DNA from: Fimicolochytrium jonesii | Lineage: Eukaryota | DNA length: 64,000 nt | Direction: 5' to 3' | Assembly: GCF_025526975.1 (NCBI RefSeq) | Contig: NW_026515678.1 | Span: forward strand, 124,001-188,000 | Part shown: piece by piece, positions 22,249 through 35,123 of the stretch | Numbering within the stretch: position 1 is the stretch's first letter | Layout: each line of letters opens with the position of its first letter | Notes under the pieces: model-generated | The model's input: the letters and a program-made list of their open reading frames with translations, nothing else | The model's database searches: none | What the model was told of the DNA's origin: nothing | Made by a program: the position numbers and the translations under genes

Positions 22249-22630
22249 GGACTTCAGGAATTTTTGGGAGCATTTTCGGAACTCAACATAGCGCAAGTGC
22301 TTTTTTGGACTTCTAGTTTGCATTTGAGTACAAAGCAGGATTTTTGGGTATCCTCACGAGCCTACCTGGACGATCTATCTGCAACCTCAGAATGAGTTGA
22401 CAGCATTAGCGACACTACTCAGCGTGCCAGTTCGATCACGCGACTGCTGAGGCATTGGCCGCAGTCCCAAACCCAAATTTTTGCCTGTGGCTTCTCGCAC
22501 GTCCAACAAGTGGAGGTTGGGCCGCTATGTATGGCTCTATGCTCAACCAACCTGCGTTTCCTACAGTACCTTCGCTCGTCGCCCCCCAACTCAACATCGC
22601 ACCCCACATACCCCTCGATACCTCACCACA

Positions 22631-23375
22631 ATGCGTTTCCCTATCGTCCTGGCCGCCGTCGCCGCCGCCACCGCTGGCTCGGTGGTCGCCTTCCCCTTCT
22701 GCGAGAACGACGCTAATGCCGTAAGCCACCCTAACTACTGTACCTTGTCTTGAAGTGTTCCTAATTCCACAGCTGCTAATTCCCCCTTGATATCCTAAAC
22801 AGGTCAGCGAGGTCAAAGTCTACGGCAACCAGAATTCCGCCCTCGGCTACCAGCTAACCATCAAAGAAGGCACCCCACCCTTCGACCCCAACACTCCCAT
22901 CGAAATCCTCCTCGACGGCGCCGGCATGCAATTCTCCTCCCTCCAGCTCTACGTCTCCGACTCTCGCTACTCAAAGAACCACACGGGCAAATGGGTCGAC
23001 TTCGGCTCCGAATACACTCTGCTCGACGGAGCCCAGACCACTCCGCCTACAGCCAACACGAAATTCGGCGCGGCGGATAACGCCGGGTGCGAGAAATACG
23101 GCAAGGGCGCGACCTTGTCGACTACTAGCGTCGATGCGAAGAAATTGCCGGCAAAGTTCCATTGGTTGCCACCACCGAATCAGCCCGCGGGATCCTTGAC
23201 GATCTGGGGGCTTGTGGTGCAGGACCAGGCGAATGGGTTCAAGGTTGTCAGCGCGGGGCCGATCTCCGCGGCGAACCCGTACCCGGCGGTGAAGAGCGAT
23301 GCGGCGACCGTGTCGGTTGGGGCGGCGGCGATTGTCTCGTTGGTTGCTGGAGTTGCGCTCATGTCGATGTTCTGA
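22631..23375 (+). CDS. Secreted, probably GPI-anchored protein with a Reeler-like domain
   Basis: Signal peptide MRFPIVLAAVAAATAGSVVA; intron 22721-22802; FHWLPPP..GSLTIWGLVV resembles the Reeler C-terminal strands; hydrophobic C-terminal tail after KSDA. Confidence 0.65.
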
Positions 23376-24024
23376 GTTTGTGTGGATGCGATGTCTGAGG
23401 AAGGCGTATATCGCAGTTGCCGTTGCGACATCTGGAAGGCGTACTATCCGACTCGATTTGTGGACTTTCGTAGATTTGTGCTGATGATGTGTTTTGCGTC
23501 TGTAGAAGAACGCTGTAGAGAAAGACTTTGAGCTGTAGACCACCCCCACGTACTCTGTAGCAGCAATGTAGATTTTATTGTTTCCAGCCCTCATAGTGTG
23601 TCGTAGTACCACCTTCCTGGGATCTCTATCCATCTAGGGAGACTTTAATCCTTATAACTACCGAATAGCCAGACCTCTAATTGCAGTGAAGACCGGATCA
23701 TGGTTTAGTGAACGGTCTTTCGAAGCGAAACCATCGCGTTGGGTTTCGAAAGTGTCAACCCAGGTTTCAATCTCCGCTCGACATCAGCTGGTACCCATAC
23801 TAGATCTAGAGCCATAAAGCTGAACCGAGGAGAGTAGGGCGAACGCAAAACCTGCTCACCTTCCCACTCTTGGTAAGTCCCTACGAGAGATTGTGCGGGC
23901 ATCGTAACTCCGCGTTCTTTCAATTCGCACTTTTTGGCCGAAATTCCGCACATGCTTGGTTTCTCACTCACAGTCCCGCCTATTCAACTCTGTATCGCCT
24001 GAAAATAACGTAAATCCCTTGCCG

Positions 24025-25326
<1,302 letters not shown>

Positions 25327-25560
25327 GGAATGTTCATCGTGGATGAGGGGTCCGTGGTCTAGATCTATGCATCCCGCTGTCTATTTATTACTTGGAGATG
25401 GAGTACAATATGGTGCACGGCACCGGTTTAGATGTTGGTAATGGCATAACGGTGTTTGAGTTCCACATTTCCGCCCATATGGCGTGCGAGCGAGGCTGCG
25501 TGTTGAAGAAAACACGGGGTGCATGGGTATATACATTGAGATGGAATCGCAGCCTTCCGA

Positions 25561-26769
25561 TCAATCCCCCGGCGAAAACCGACTCAAGTTCGACGGCCTG
25601 GCAGGCGCGTTCATCCGACTCGGCCGCCATATAGCGCCCGGGTTGCCGCTGGGTACATGCAGCCCCGGATGGAGCATCCCCGCCTTCAGATTCTGCGTCG
25701 ATTTCTGCGCGTTGAATCCGGCAGGTGTCGGAACGCCCAGCGACGACGGCCCCTCGTTGCTGCTGTGCAGGTCATACGACGACACCTTCTTCGTCCCGGT
25801 GCCGACTAACCCCCCACCAGGAACATTCAGACCCCGTTTCGAACCGCCGTGCTCTCCACCTCCCGAGCGCGCAAGCGAGCTCCCGGCAGCACCAAGATGC
25901 ATGGCCGATCGTTTGAACCCGCCGTGTGGATCCCCCACCGAAAGCATTCCAGCGGCAGGTCCGCCCAAATGCATACTCGACCGCTTCAACCCCCCACCAC
26001 CCTCCCCATGTCCCAAAACCGCATGACTCCCCGCGGCATGCCCCAGCAACCCACTCGCCGTCCCCGCAACAGCATGCTCATAGTACCCCGTCCTCCGCGC
26101 ATTCAACTCCGCATACAACCCAAACAGCTCCTTCAACACTTTATTCAACCCCTTACGTTTCCCCCTCCACTTCCTCACCTCCACCTCCATCTCACTCCTC
26201 ACACTGCCCAATTTCGTGATCTCAACCTCACACTCCCCCAACTCCCTTTCCTGTCTCGCGATCGAATCCGCAAGCATCCGTTTCTGTTGCAGCGTCAGCA
26301 GCCCGTGTTTCTCCCACCGGATCTGCGGGAGCCGCGTCGAGGCGAGGATGTTGGGCGTCGCGAGGGCGGTGATGTGCGCGGACCAGATGGAGGCGAGCGA
26401 GCGGTCGGGGATCGGCGGGGGGGTCATCACACGGCCCATGGTGTCTTTCCGGATGCTCGTCGGGATCGCGTCGGCTGCGTCTTTGGGTGCGGATTCGGGT
26501 TCAGAGTCCTCGCTTTCTTCCCTCGCGACCTCCATCCCCCGCCCCCTCGCCTCGCCGCCCCGCGCACCACCCGGTCGCCGCATACGACTCCCCCGTGGCG
26601 ACGGCGTGTCCATGTACTCGTCAGCAAGGCTGTGTGTCGAACTCTCCGCGATGGGTATGGAGGCACCGCTTGGTGAGGGATATTGCTTGGCGATGTGGTC
26701 GACGGCTTTTTGGAGGGAGGAGGGGATGGCGAAGTGGGTTGAGAGGGATTGTTTGCGGGGGCGGGACAT
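25561..26769 (-). CDS. Hypothetical protein with a central coiled coil and Gly-rich repeated C-terminus
   Basis: 402-aa ORF starting at ATG; helical segment QKRMLADSIARQERELGECEVEITKL...; repeats GGLKRSSMHLG / GGFKRSAMHLG / GGSKRGLNVPG. Confidence 0.7.
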   Translation of the reverse strand: MSRPRKQSLSTHFAIPSSLQKAVDHIAKQYPSPSGASIPIAESSTHSLADEYMDTPSPRGSRMRRPGGARGGEARGRGMEVAREESEDSEPESAPKDAADAIPTSIRKDTMGRVMTPPPIPDRSLASIWSAHITALATPNILASTRLPQIRWEKHGLLTLQQKRMLADSIARQERELGECEVEITKLGSVRSEMEVEVRKWRGKRKGLNKVLKELFGLYAELNARRTGYYEHAVAGTASGLLGHAAGSHAVLGHGEGGGGLKRSSMHLGGPAAGMLSVGDPHGGFKRSAMHLGAAGSSLARSGGGEHGGSKRGLNVPGGGLVGTGTKKVSSYDLHSSNEGPSSLGVPTPAGFNAQKSTQNLKAGMLHPGLHVPSGNPGAIWRPSRMNAPARPSNLSRFSPGD

Positions 26770-27288
26770 ATTTTGAGGCGGTGTGGGTGGGGAGGTTGGG
26801 AGTTGCGGGTGGGAGACGGGGTCTAGGTAGTGTCCCTGACGAAGAGAGAAAGCCTGGAATTTGCGGGCGGAACTGCTGTAGGATGTGGTATGAGAGATGG
26901 GCCTATTCTCGGGCGTAGGGCCTTCCTCAGTGTCAGGGTCATGCCGTCACTTGCACGGATAACTTGGTCCAATTCGACAGCGCGTTCCCAAACACGCCAG
27001 CGAAGCGCCCTGCATGCAAGCGACACTTCCTGACCATGTTTGAGACATCATGCCATTATTAAAATCTGATCCGTGAAACAGGAACCTTCTCGATTTTGAA
27101 TGTGTAGAACCGCTCTCGCAGGCACTTTTCGAATGGCAACGTAGCAGTGGAATTTTTTTGGGAACCACATAGAACGATGATACGCCGCTACACTACAATT
27201 AGACACAGCACATGCCGACAAATGAATAATAGGCGGCCCGCCTCACTTCTCGGACCTCAAAGACCTTTTGCCCCATTCAATGCCCGTC

Positions 27289-28316
27289 TCAGGTCAGAAC
27301 TCTTTCTGCGATTTGGTGCTGGATGACGTTGAATTTCAGGTCGCACTGGTTGCAAATGTAGTAGTTCAGATGAGGATTCCAAGTTCCGATCCCGTAAAAG
27401 TAGTCATTTGGATGATGACACTGCGGGCAACATGCCGTTCTCTTTGCCCCCAAAGGCAAGGAAGGAGGCTTGTTCGAGCGAGGAGGCGTTTTCGAGGGAG
27501 GAGGCGTTTTCAAGGCTTCGGTGAGATCGGCAAGGCAAAGGAAGTCGGCCTCCTTCTTCAGGGCCTCACGAGCGAGAGAGTCCTGCGGAATGGGCAGCTT
27601 TGTCCCTGTTGCCTGTGCGCGAAGGTAGTTGAATATGAATTCGTATGCGGCCGGGTCCCTGTCGATGAATATGGTGCCGTCGTAGCCAGCCTGCGGGCCC
27701 CAGCCTTCCGAGAAGAGCGACTCGAACATTAAACCTTTGCAGGCTAGCAAAGCATCGAGACTGATCGAGAAGATCCTGCCGCCGACGTCAAACTTGACCT
27801 TCTTTATGTTTTGCGTGGAGACCATCATTGTATGACTTCGCTTTTCAACCCACTTCTTTTCTCGTTCCGCCAGCGCGTCGGCAGCTGCCTGTAGAGCTTC
27901 GGATTGAAGCCTTCCTTGCTCAATGAGGTCCGATATGGTCTCCTCAATATCGTCCATCCCTTCGTGGATGATGACGCTTGAGAGTGCGCTGTGAGACGAC
28001 ATGAGGTCTTCGTAGCTCGTCAATTTCACGCCTCGAGCGGGCTCCTTCAACGTTTCGGCATTGGCGGTGATATCCGTTTTGAATTGTTTGAACTTGGCGC
28101 TCAAGATGTCTTTCTGGCTGGTTAGGGTGGGCAGGATGGCTGCGACTGCTGCACTTTCAGGCGACGACTTTTTGCTTTACGATTAGGGCATTTTAGAGTA
28201 TTCTGGGGACATTTCCGAAATTGGCCGGAGAGAGCTTTTCGACAGAAGGTGGAAGTGATGAGTACTTACGGTTCAGCGCCGGGAGCGGGAACCTCAACGG
28301 CTGCACCCGCCGACAT
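27289..28316 (-). CDS. Coiled-coil + KCTD-type BTB/POZ protein with C-terminal Zn-ribbon (paralogue 1)
   Basis: VKFDVGGRIFSISLDALL..MFESLF..DGTIFIDRDPAAYEFIFNYLR..LKKEADFLCL (BTB_2 type); CPQC...CNQC. Exon 1 28316-28270 joins in phase across intron 28175-28269. Confidence 0.85.
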
Positions 28317-28482
28317 ATCAGCAGTGTATCAACGAGGAGAGTGGGTGGTCCGTGGTGGTGCGGTGTTTGCTATTGCAACCGCTGTCGGATGGGTGTTTGC
28401 TGTCTGAAAACGGAACGAGCGGAGGCAGGAGTTTGAGGACTGCTTTTTAGGACGTGTCGCCAATGTCAACCAACTGCGGAGA

Positions 28483-28579
28483 AGCATACCTCTCCACAAG
28501 CTGCACAGCACCTTCCGTAGCCCTCTTCAGAGCATACCTCTCCACGAGCTGCACAGCACCTTCCGCAAGCCCTCTCCAG
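28483..28579. repeat. Two-copy tandem duplication, 48-bp period
   Basis: agcatacctctccacRagctgcacagcaccttccg..agccctct.cag starts at 28483 and again at 28531. Confidence 0.9.
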
Positions 28580-29155
28580 ATCCAACTGCTCTCACTTGGC
28601 GCGAAACCAGCATTCCGCTTTGGGTGAATACCATTGGACCCGCCGCCTCCCCACGCGAAACGGATTACAGCGGGCTCGAAGATTATCATCAGCAGCAGTT
28701 CCCGACCCCTGGCTCTTGGAGTACCGTCTTGCAGAGTGCGTCAGACGGAACTTCCGAGCGGCGGGAGAAAAGAACAACAAGGACACGGTCGAACCGCGGT
28801 CGAACCATTCACTGGGGAGAAGTTTTGAGGATGTAGATCCTGCCGGTTCGGGTTTCTTGGATGCGGAAGTGGGGAGTCGATGTGGAAATGCGGCATGGTT
28901 ATATTGACACCGGGGGTTGGGCCGGATGGAGATAACCGTTATCGCAAAGGATAGGACGGCCGCGAGGCTCTCTGGAAACACAATGGGCCGAAAAACTGCT
29001 GCGAGAGGACACAATCGTCCTGTCGTAGACACGTCTGGAGGCATGTCGTCGCGCACGACAAACATTGGTTCGCCCTGCACAACAATCCGTATCATTCTTT
29101 CTGTGGTCGGACCACCGTGAACTGGTACTCTCTCTGACGTTATTTCTTTCCTGCA

Positions 29156-30176
29156 GGCGATCACCAATCTCATCGATGCATTCTCACTTCTGGCTATTCA
29201 CGCGAAGTCTCGAGGCATTCTCCATCTACCGCTGGAGGGCGGGAGGCGGTGAGCTGTTCGATGACACCTTCCGTGTGCATGCAATTTCGATTGGCACTTG
29301 GGGTATAGTCCTGCATTCCACCCCGACCTGACCGATCAACATAAGAATTGGTTCAGTGAAGAGTTGAAGTACTCAGAGCCATTTCCAGCATTGTCATTGC
29401 TATCACCTTCTCCGACGCGTGAGGCAATGATAGAGTTTGCGCTGCTCATCTTCAAGCAAAGGAAACAAAGACATGGCAGAGAATGGGGGTTCTGTCCACC
29501 CCTGGCAGTGGAGAAGAGTGAAACTTGGATGGATCTATTCTTTCCGGACGAAGTTCACGATATCCCCAAAGATCTGGACGTGACCGATATGGAAATGCAC
29601 TACCAGGATCCGGAGGGAAAACACAGTGATGACAACAACAACAAAAATACCCAGTCACCTCTACTGCTACCTTCTCGATCCATTCAGGTGCCGTCGAAAC
29701 AACACTCAGAGGACCTGCCAACAACAAGTTCAATGCAAATTGAACCATTGGAGAGATGCTGACAGCCAAACGCTCGTCCCACCAGCGATGAACACGGCCT
29801 TTGAGCGGTTCTATGCGCGGTACAACCAGTGGTGGGCGAAGCTGTCGGATGAGACCGTCGGAGAGATTGGGGAATCTGAAGGGGATGTGAGGCATATGGC
29901 ATCCAGTCACTGTGGAAGATCACAATGAGAAAGCTAGAAGAGGAACTGGGCCGGAACATATTGCTTGCAGCAGAGGAAACGACGCTCTCGGATCTGAGGC
30001 GGGAAGAAGATGACAACAACGGGTTTTCTCAATTTCGTCTTGGCAAAAGGCGGTGTTGTCTTCGTCTGCCCTTGTCAGGCGACTTCCAATCATCCTTGGG
30101 TATTCCGGTCACCACATGTGCGGCTGAGGCCGGCGTGGGACGGCAAGCGATGTTCGATGGTCGCACCACCCGATAA
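29156..30176 (+). pseudogene. Possible degraded or unresolved coding sequence
   Basis: Three overlapping protein-like ORF pieces in different frames (29298-29762, 29626-29928, 29925-30176) with no clear introns joining them; no family recognised. Confidence 0.25.
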
Positions 30177-30517
30177 TCTCTTCGGCCGCATACAAGCATC
30201 GAGACAGCGATATTCGGAAAGATAGGGTCGTCCGTCACAGAGACGGGCATATGTATTTGGGATCTCGCTGCGACGAGAAGCGCTGCCAAATCGCCCCATA
30301 TTCATTCTCCCGTCATCCCTCCCCCACTTTAGAAATGTAGTTAGATCGGATAGCAATCATATACAGTAGTTGCACAATAGATTGCAAGCGGGATATCTAT
30401 AGACCGCAGCCAGGGACGTGTGAGACGGGGCGGGGCTTCTTCTCACGGTCCTAGGATATATGAGCTCTGCTATTCGAGCGTAAATGGCGAAGCTACTCCT
30501 CTTAAAGCCGAGTCTAT

Positions 30518-32260
30518 CTAGCAGCCCTCACATAGACCAAGCAGGACGCCGGCAGCAGCAGCAGCAGTCATGAAAACCCAAAAGTCAGGAGCAACCCTCC
30601 GACCTGCGGAGGATGGCCTATTATTAGCCCCAGTCCCAGAAGTGCCCGTCGCGGCGGTATCAACGAGATGAGCAGGACAGGCCCCGGAGAATGCATACGT
30701 GTTGCCACCCATGTACGCCTTGAAGAAGGTTCCTTAATGTATCGCATTGAGTGAGCAGACGCAGAACGGATGGTAGAAGTAGCAGGGATAAGAACACTCA
30801 CCCAGATGGTCGCCCTCGTTCCAACTGATAGAAGAACAAACACAGGGATAAGTTGCGATGTACTCGGAAACACTGCTTTGATAAGAGCGACTTACGATGG
30901 CTGCGGGAGAGAGGCTTGGCAGTGTACATTCTCCTGGCCCGGGCAAAAGACCGCCGTCGTGGAGTTGGCGGGGTTGATCCAGACCTCGCCTGACGGGTGG
31001 CGGTAGTAGGTCGCGGGTACGATCTGGGTCGTCGGATCTCCTCCATTGCTGACGAAAGCAAAGTGTGAGAAACATTGAGAAGAGGCTGCTGAACAGGCCA
31101 GACGCAGATTTTAGCTGGCGAGCTACTCACACAATGTATCGGAAGTCCGGCACGACTTTATCGATGAAGTCGGCAAAAGGGGCGTTTCCTACCCTTGGAG
31201 GAGCGAAAGCAATGGCTTTGACGGTCCTCTTCAATGCGTTCGAAAGGAAGAGAGCATCGATAGTGGCGATTGCCCCACCTTTGCAACCCGCGAGATTTGT
31301 ATTAATAAATTGGACATGATGAATAGCATAGCGAGCGACAGCGAGTAGACTGCTTTCGCGGTGGGTGCCGTGCGTACCCATTGAGTGACCCGTAACCAGA
31401 ATGCTGGCGTTAGCGTGCTTGACGAGCAGCTCCTTCACTTGAGCCAGCGTCTCGTCCGCGTTGGCTGCCCACGCAACCTGGAACCCTCCATAAACGGCAC
31501 TTCCCGGGATGTTTACACCCAGGCGAGGGTCCGGCGCTGTCAGGTTAAAGTTCCCGGGGAGCGCGGCTGATGCGGGCGCCGTATTGTTCGTACCTTTGAA
31601 ATGACAGAGGGGCAATCTATCAGGTTGGAAAGCAGTACATCACAGATTGATGCGAAGCGATGCATGGTGGATTGGCTGAACTCGCAACAAGGATGTGGAG
31701 CCAGGTGGAAAATCAAGCCATCGCTCCTATCAGAAACGATTGTGCGGTGTCGCTCACAGTTATCCGCGCCGTAGCCGTGTGCATCGCATTTCACGGGCGC
31801 AAGACACCGCATTAGCCTTGCTCCGCTCGCGGCCGCCACTCAAAATCTTCCATCGCTCACACTACTCACCTTGATGAGCGACAATAATACCGCCCCTGGA
31901 TCCAGAGTAAGCAACATAGACACGCTGGGCGGTCTGACCTCCGTCACCGCCGACCCAAGTGACGACGGCATCATCGTTCCCACCGCTGACAGATGCGCCG
32001 ACGACGGTCTCTACGCAGTCGGCAGACTGCGCATAGAGAGCAGGAAGGGAAAAGTTCGCAACACCCTGTGCGAAGTCGATTGGGATGGGATCGGCTTTAG
32101 ATCCCGGCGGGGTCCTCCTGGGACTGGGTTGATCTTGAGCTTGCGGCGCGTTCGTGGGAGCAGACGCAGCGACAGATGACGGTGAATTTGAACTTCCCTG
32201 GGCAGCGACGACGAACGCACTGGAGAGGGCTAGCAGTGTGCTGGCAATGGAAGAACGCAT
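30518..32260 (-). CDS. Secreted class 3 lipase, possibly GPI-anchored
   Basis: Signal peptide MRSSIASTLLALSSAFVVAA; IIVAHQGT, VYGGFQ.AW, ILVTGHSM|GGAIA (GxSxG nucleophile), AFAPPRVGN..FA; Ser/Thr/Gly linker and hydrophobic tail. Confidence 0.85.
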
Positions 32261-32638
32261 CTTGAGCGGCGAGACGTGGGATCACAGCCGGCACAGTCGG
32301 AAGGGGGAGCTGGGGACGCCATGGGAGAGCGTTAGGACGCCGTTTATACCAGTTCACTGGCCGGCCTGTTTAATGAAGGAGCAAGTAGCAGCCGGACCGA
32401 GACGGTGTAGTTGCCCCGCAGCACGCAGGGGTCGGACCCCTGCCTTTGGGCGCTATTGTTGCGTTGCAGGTGTCCAGCATAGCGAGTCGAGGCTGTTTGC
32501 ACGCGCGCAACTCTCACAAAAGCAGAAACTCGCCGGCCAAAGGTTCCGGGTCCGAAGTCATTCTCGCCAAAGCAGCCAAAGCTGGTCCCTCCACGGAACG
32601 ACACCTCCGCTGCTACCGCAACAAGAACCTCCTTACAA

Positions 32639-33594
32639 ATGGGCCTCTTCGACACCATCTCAGCGACCCTACGACGGACCGCTCACCCTTCAAACACTTG
32701 GTTCCGTCGCGCCGTCGTGGGAATGCTAGGCATAGCAGCCTTTGCGAATGTCTTGTCGCTGTTCCGCGCCATCCGAAGCACCGACTCGTTTAGCGATGTC
32801 ATGCGGAATCCCTGGCCCATGGCCGCTTTGCTGGATGCTTATGCGTAGGGTACCCGCCAACATTTTGTTTGTCGAGGGAGGAACTCAAATCGGGTAGCTA
32901 ACGTGGATGTTCCCAATTCCATCTTACCCCGGCGAATGCAGCGGACTGATACTAGCAGGAACCTACATCTGGGCACACTCCCAATTCGGCATCGCGCTCC
33001 TCGTCCCCTCGCTCGTCCTCAGCCCCTCAATTCCGCTCGGCTACGCAGCTCTTAATTTCAAAGATCTGCTCCCATTCAACCCCGGCACCGCTCTATCACC
33101 TAACCGACCCCAGGTTCTGGCCTTACGCGGTCTAGCCTCTGCAGGAGCCGCAATTGTCGGTACCGCCCTCCTCAACGCTTGGATACGGCAGTCACCATCG
33201 AAAGGTTGGGAACGGATGGCGGGGAATAAATGGAGCGGGGCCGTGTTTGTTGCAGACGTGGCTGGGATGGTCTTTGCGGCCGTCTATGTTGCGGCGAGGG
33301 AGGAGTGGAGGTGGAGGGTTGTTATCCCGATTTGGGCTGCCGTATTTTTTGTGGGGAATGGGGCTGCGGTACGTGATCACAATGCTCCGAGAGAACCGGA
33401 AGGAAGGAGCACTGATATCACTTCTCCCCCTTAAATAGTGCGTCTACGTGGTCTTATGCACCTTCGGCACGACTTCACTCCAAGAAGCATTACTAGTAGG
33501 CAAACCAGTGGTCGGAGCGCGATGGCCGTTCGTCAATACTATGGTTGGAGAAGGAGGGCATTATGCGCAATTGGATGAGGGACTGGACGTGTGA
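32639..33594 (+). CDS. Multi-pass membrane protein, DUF1475-like internal duplication
   Basis: Three exons; repeated pattern NPWPMAALLDAYAGLIL / NKWSGAVFVADVAGMVF..AREE..FFVGNGAACVY with several hydrophobic helices. Confidence 0.6.
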
Positions 33595-35123
33595 GTATGA
33601 GTGGAGAAGGCGATGAGCGTGTCTGAAACTGTCACAGAGGCTGGTGGGAGGAGTTAGATGGTCGCGAGGGAGGGGTTGCAACATTTGTGATGGAACGGCC
33701 ATGAGGTCCAGACTTCGCGCCGATGCGGAGGGTTCGAGGTTGCTCACACCTTTCCCGCTGAAATCTATTATTCACAAATGCTCTTGAGAATAAATGGCGC
33801 CCTTCGCAGCTTCTTGTACTGTCCGTCACTTGTGGGAAGCGTCCTGTTGATACTTGGCGCCTTCGTTATGCTCGACGCGTTCGTCATTGGAGCACACGTT
33901 CTGAACACTCCCGTGTTGAGACGGAACATCGCAGAACTTTTCTCTGAACGACGTGAGGGTATAAGTTAACCTGGCTGCGTACTGTATGTACAGTACATTT
34001 CTGTATTGGCGCCTGAAAAACTCCGCAACATGTAGTGGGTGTGTGGACCAGCGATCGATCTGCACAGCCGTCCTGATTCATTCCGGCCAGAGTCGACGCA
34101 TCACATGGCTGATCAAAGTTTACGTGACGTACGGGTTTATGGAATGTAACGGCATTTACTCCGATAAGCGCTAGTATCTCATCGGCCGCATGGCATATGA
34201 CCTCCTCATTTGTGAATCAGCGTCGCAATCCTAACTTATCTGCGCATCCGGCTAACATCAAATGCACGGATTTCCTCATACGCAATGGCACAAAGGAGAC
34301 AATAAGCAATCGCCGAACCAATCTTGGAGGAAATGCCTTCCGGAGATTAGTCGGCAGACTCTGTGAAGACGCCATTAGCCCGAATGCAGCCCGTTCATTC
34401 TTGCCGGCACAGAGTCCCGTCGCTACTAGCATTGGCATGCTCTCAGGCGCATGATGCGGGAGAGCGCCTAAGGCAAGAGGTGATGACAATTGCACGGACG
34501 TCGGGACTCGGATGCTCCTTCAGTCCAAGTTGGCATTGGGTTATGGAAGATTATGGAATGATCATTTGGGTTCCGGCGGGAGACGAAATCCCGAAGGTTT
34601 TAAGGTTTGTGACGTAGTTGTGGCCATTAGAGATTCAGCGCTGCGCGCGTTGAATTATTTTGGTCGATCCCCCAACGGCGAAAGTTGGACGAAACAGCAG
34701 TCTGTCGTGCAAGTTGCGTACTCAATAACTCACCAAAAGCCTCATTGATAATCAGTGCTCCCCACTTCCGACGGATCCCGGTCCCTCTCGTTTAAGCTTT
34801 TTGAGTTATATGCTTTTTCGATGTATCACCGTCACCGTCCTCCGGCGGGGGAACAGGAATGCACCCACCAAGGCCTGCGCCCCACTGAGGGAATGCTGCT
34901 GGAGGGTGCATGATGGAAGGAGTATAAAAGGGGAGCTTGGAAGCCTTGCACCGGCTCTTCCGTCTCCATGTACACAGTCGGTGCCGTACAACGACCATAT
35001 GCTGCTGCATTAGACATTGCTTGCTTGCCTGTCCTCCAAAGTCACATCATTGAGAAACCGCGGACACGGATATCATTCGCATATCCCCCATATCGGAAGC
35101 AATAATCCCCCTCGCTCGCAGAG

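Noticed and set aside
25849..26676. 275-aa plus-strand ORF
   Set aside because: Antisense to the 402-aa minus-strand ORF and compositionally a shadow frame.
28483..28579. CRISPR-like repeat
   Set aside because: Only two adjacent copies with no spacer, eukaryotic context and no cas genes.
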